From Octopus vulgaris (lineage: Eukaryota): a stretch of 64,000 nucleotides of DNA. Location of the stretch: the NCBI GenBank assembly GCA_951406725.2, contig OX597814.1:6324001-6388000 (forward strand), given 5' to 3'. The notes beneath the pieces are model-generated. The model did not search any database and was not told the origin of the DNA. It saw only the letters and a list, made by a program, of their open reading frames with translations. A program made the translations under genes and the position numbers. Shown here in pieces: positions 63,116 through 64,000 of this stretch (within the stretch, counting starts at the first letter, position 1; every line of letters starts with the position of its first letter).

Positions 63116-64000
63116 CTAACCAAAAGCAACATCATGGCTTTTCAAGAAAGGAATTAAAAAAATACATTTCCCAACGAGTTTGTTGTCAACTTAATGTGAC
63201 AGTCCCATAAAAGGGAAGAATGCTGCTGTTATTTAGCCCTAGGAAACACTGTTTTCTATTGGACTTGACACATTTCCTTGTGTCCTTATGTTTTCAAAGT
63301 GAAGATAAGTACCTCCACCCAGCAAAGCCAGCATCCAGAGACTAGTCTCAGAGTCATTGCTCATCGTCTGCCATCAGCACTGAAAGGGTTAAATCAGGTT
63401 GAAAATTTCCCCCAACAACCATTCAGAATGTGTAGGAGTCAATTTCTTGGGATATTCAAGGCATGATTGATGCTGCCAAAGGTGGACCAAGTCTGTATTA
63501 AATTATATAAAACTTCCACTGAATGAGTAGTTTCTATTATGTTTTTCCATGGGCCCCTGTCTGTTGTTTAGAACTTGCTTAAATAGTGGCCACTGATAGG
63601 GTCACACTGGATTGCAGAGCTCCCAAGTTTTATAATTGCAATATCAAAATTCATTAACAATAAATTAACTTTTGACAGTTCATCAATTTTTTAATATTTA
63701 GGAACTGGTTGTCTCGGTAATGTTGCCCCAGTGGTGGGTGGTGGGATGGGAAGGTGGGAACCATATTTAGTTGTTATTAATTCTTCCAGACTTTCTGACA
63801 TTTTCGTAATTACAATATATTAACATTTAGTGCCAATTATCTTTAATATAAGCTTCACATAAACGAAGGCTCATTAATGAAACCTCGTCAACCCCAATAT
63901 GAATATCGTAATTAAAGAAGCCTGCAACATACATCTGAATATAAGTAATATCTTCTCAATACTATGGTACATCAGTGATGGCTCTCCCATTCTAAGATTT

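Overview
AT-rich eukaryotic intronic/intergenic DNA. The repeat families and dense (TA)/(CA)/(AAT)/(GA) microsatellites suggest an octopus genome; this is inferred from repeat content, not a database hit. I recognise no intact host gene, RNA gene or CRISPR array. Most ORF-track entries are artefacts of microsatellites or repeats. Retroelements dominate: a decayed RTE LINE (9258-11508) plus about 40 copies of its 3' end, several modular tRNA-derived SINE families, CR1, R4/Dong-like and RTEX-like fragments, Penelope-like remnants and a solo LTR. piggyBac- and mariner-type MITEs are also present. The most interesting signal is three unrelated sequence families that each carry a minimal type-I hammerhead ribozyme-like motif. 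Two of them are arranged as fold-back (inverted) pairs, and one has a 12-bp target-site duplication (TSD), consistent with non-autonomous Penelope/retrozyme-like elements. Other notable items are recurrent head-to-head RTE-tail pairs (potential dsRNA/ADAR substrates), a PHD-like finger inside the RTE reverse transcriptase, a ~108-bp direct repeat flanking a SINE, SINE tail swapping and a strong AG|GTAAGA recursive-splice-like site. Candidate host exons are low confidence, and boundaries of degenerate repeats are approximate.
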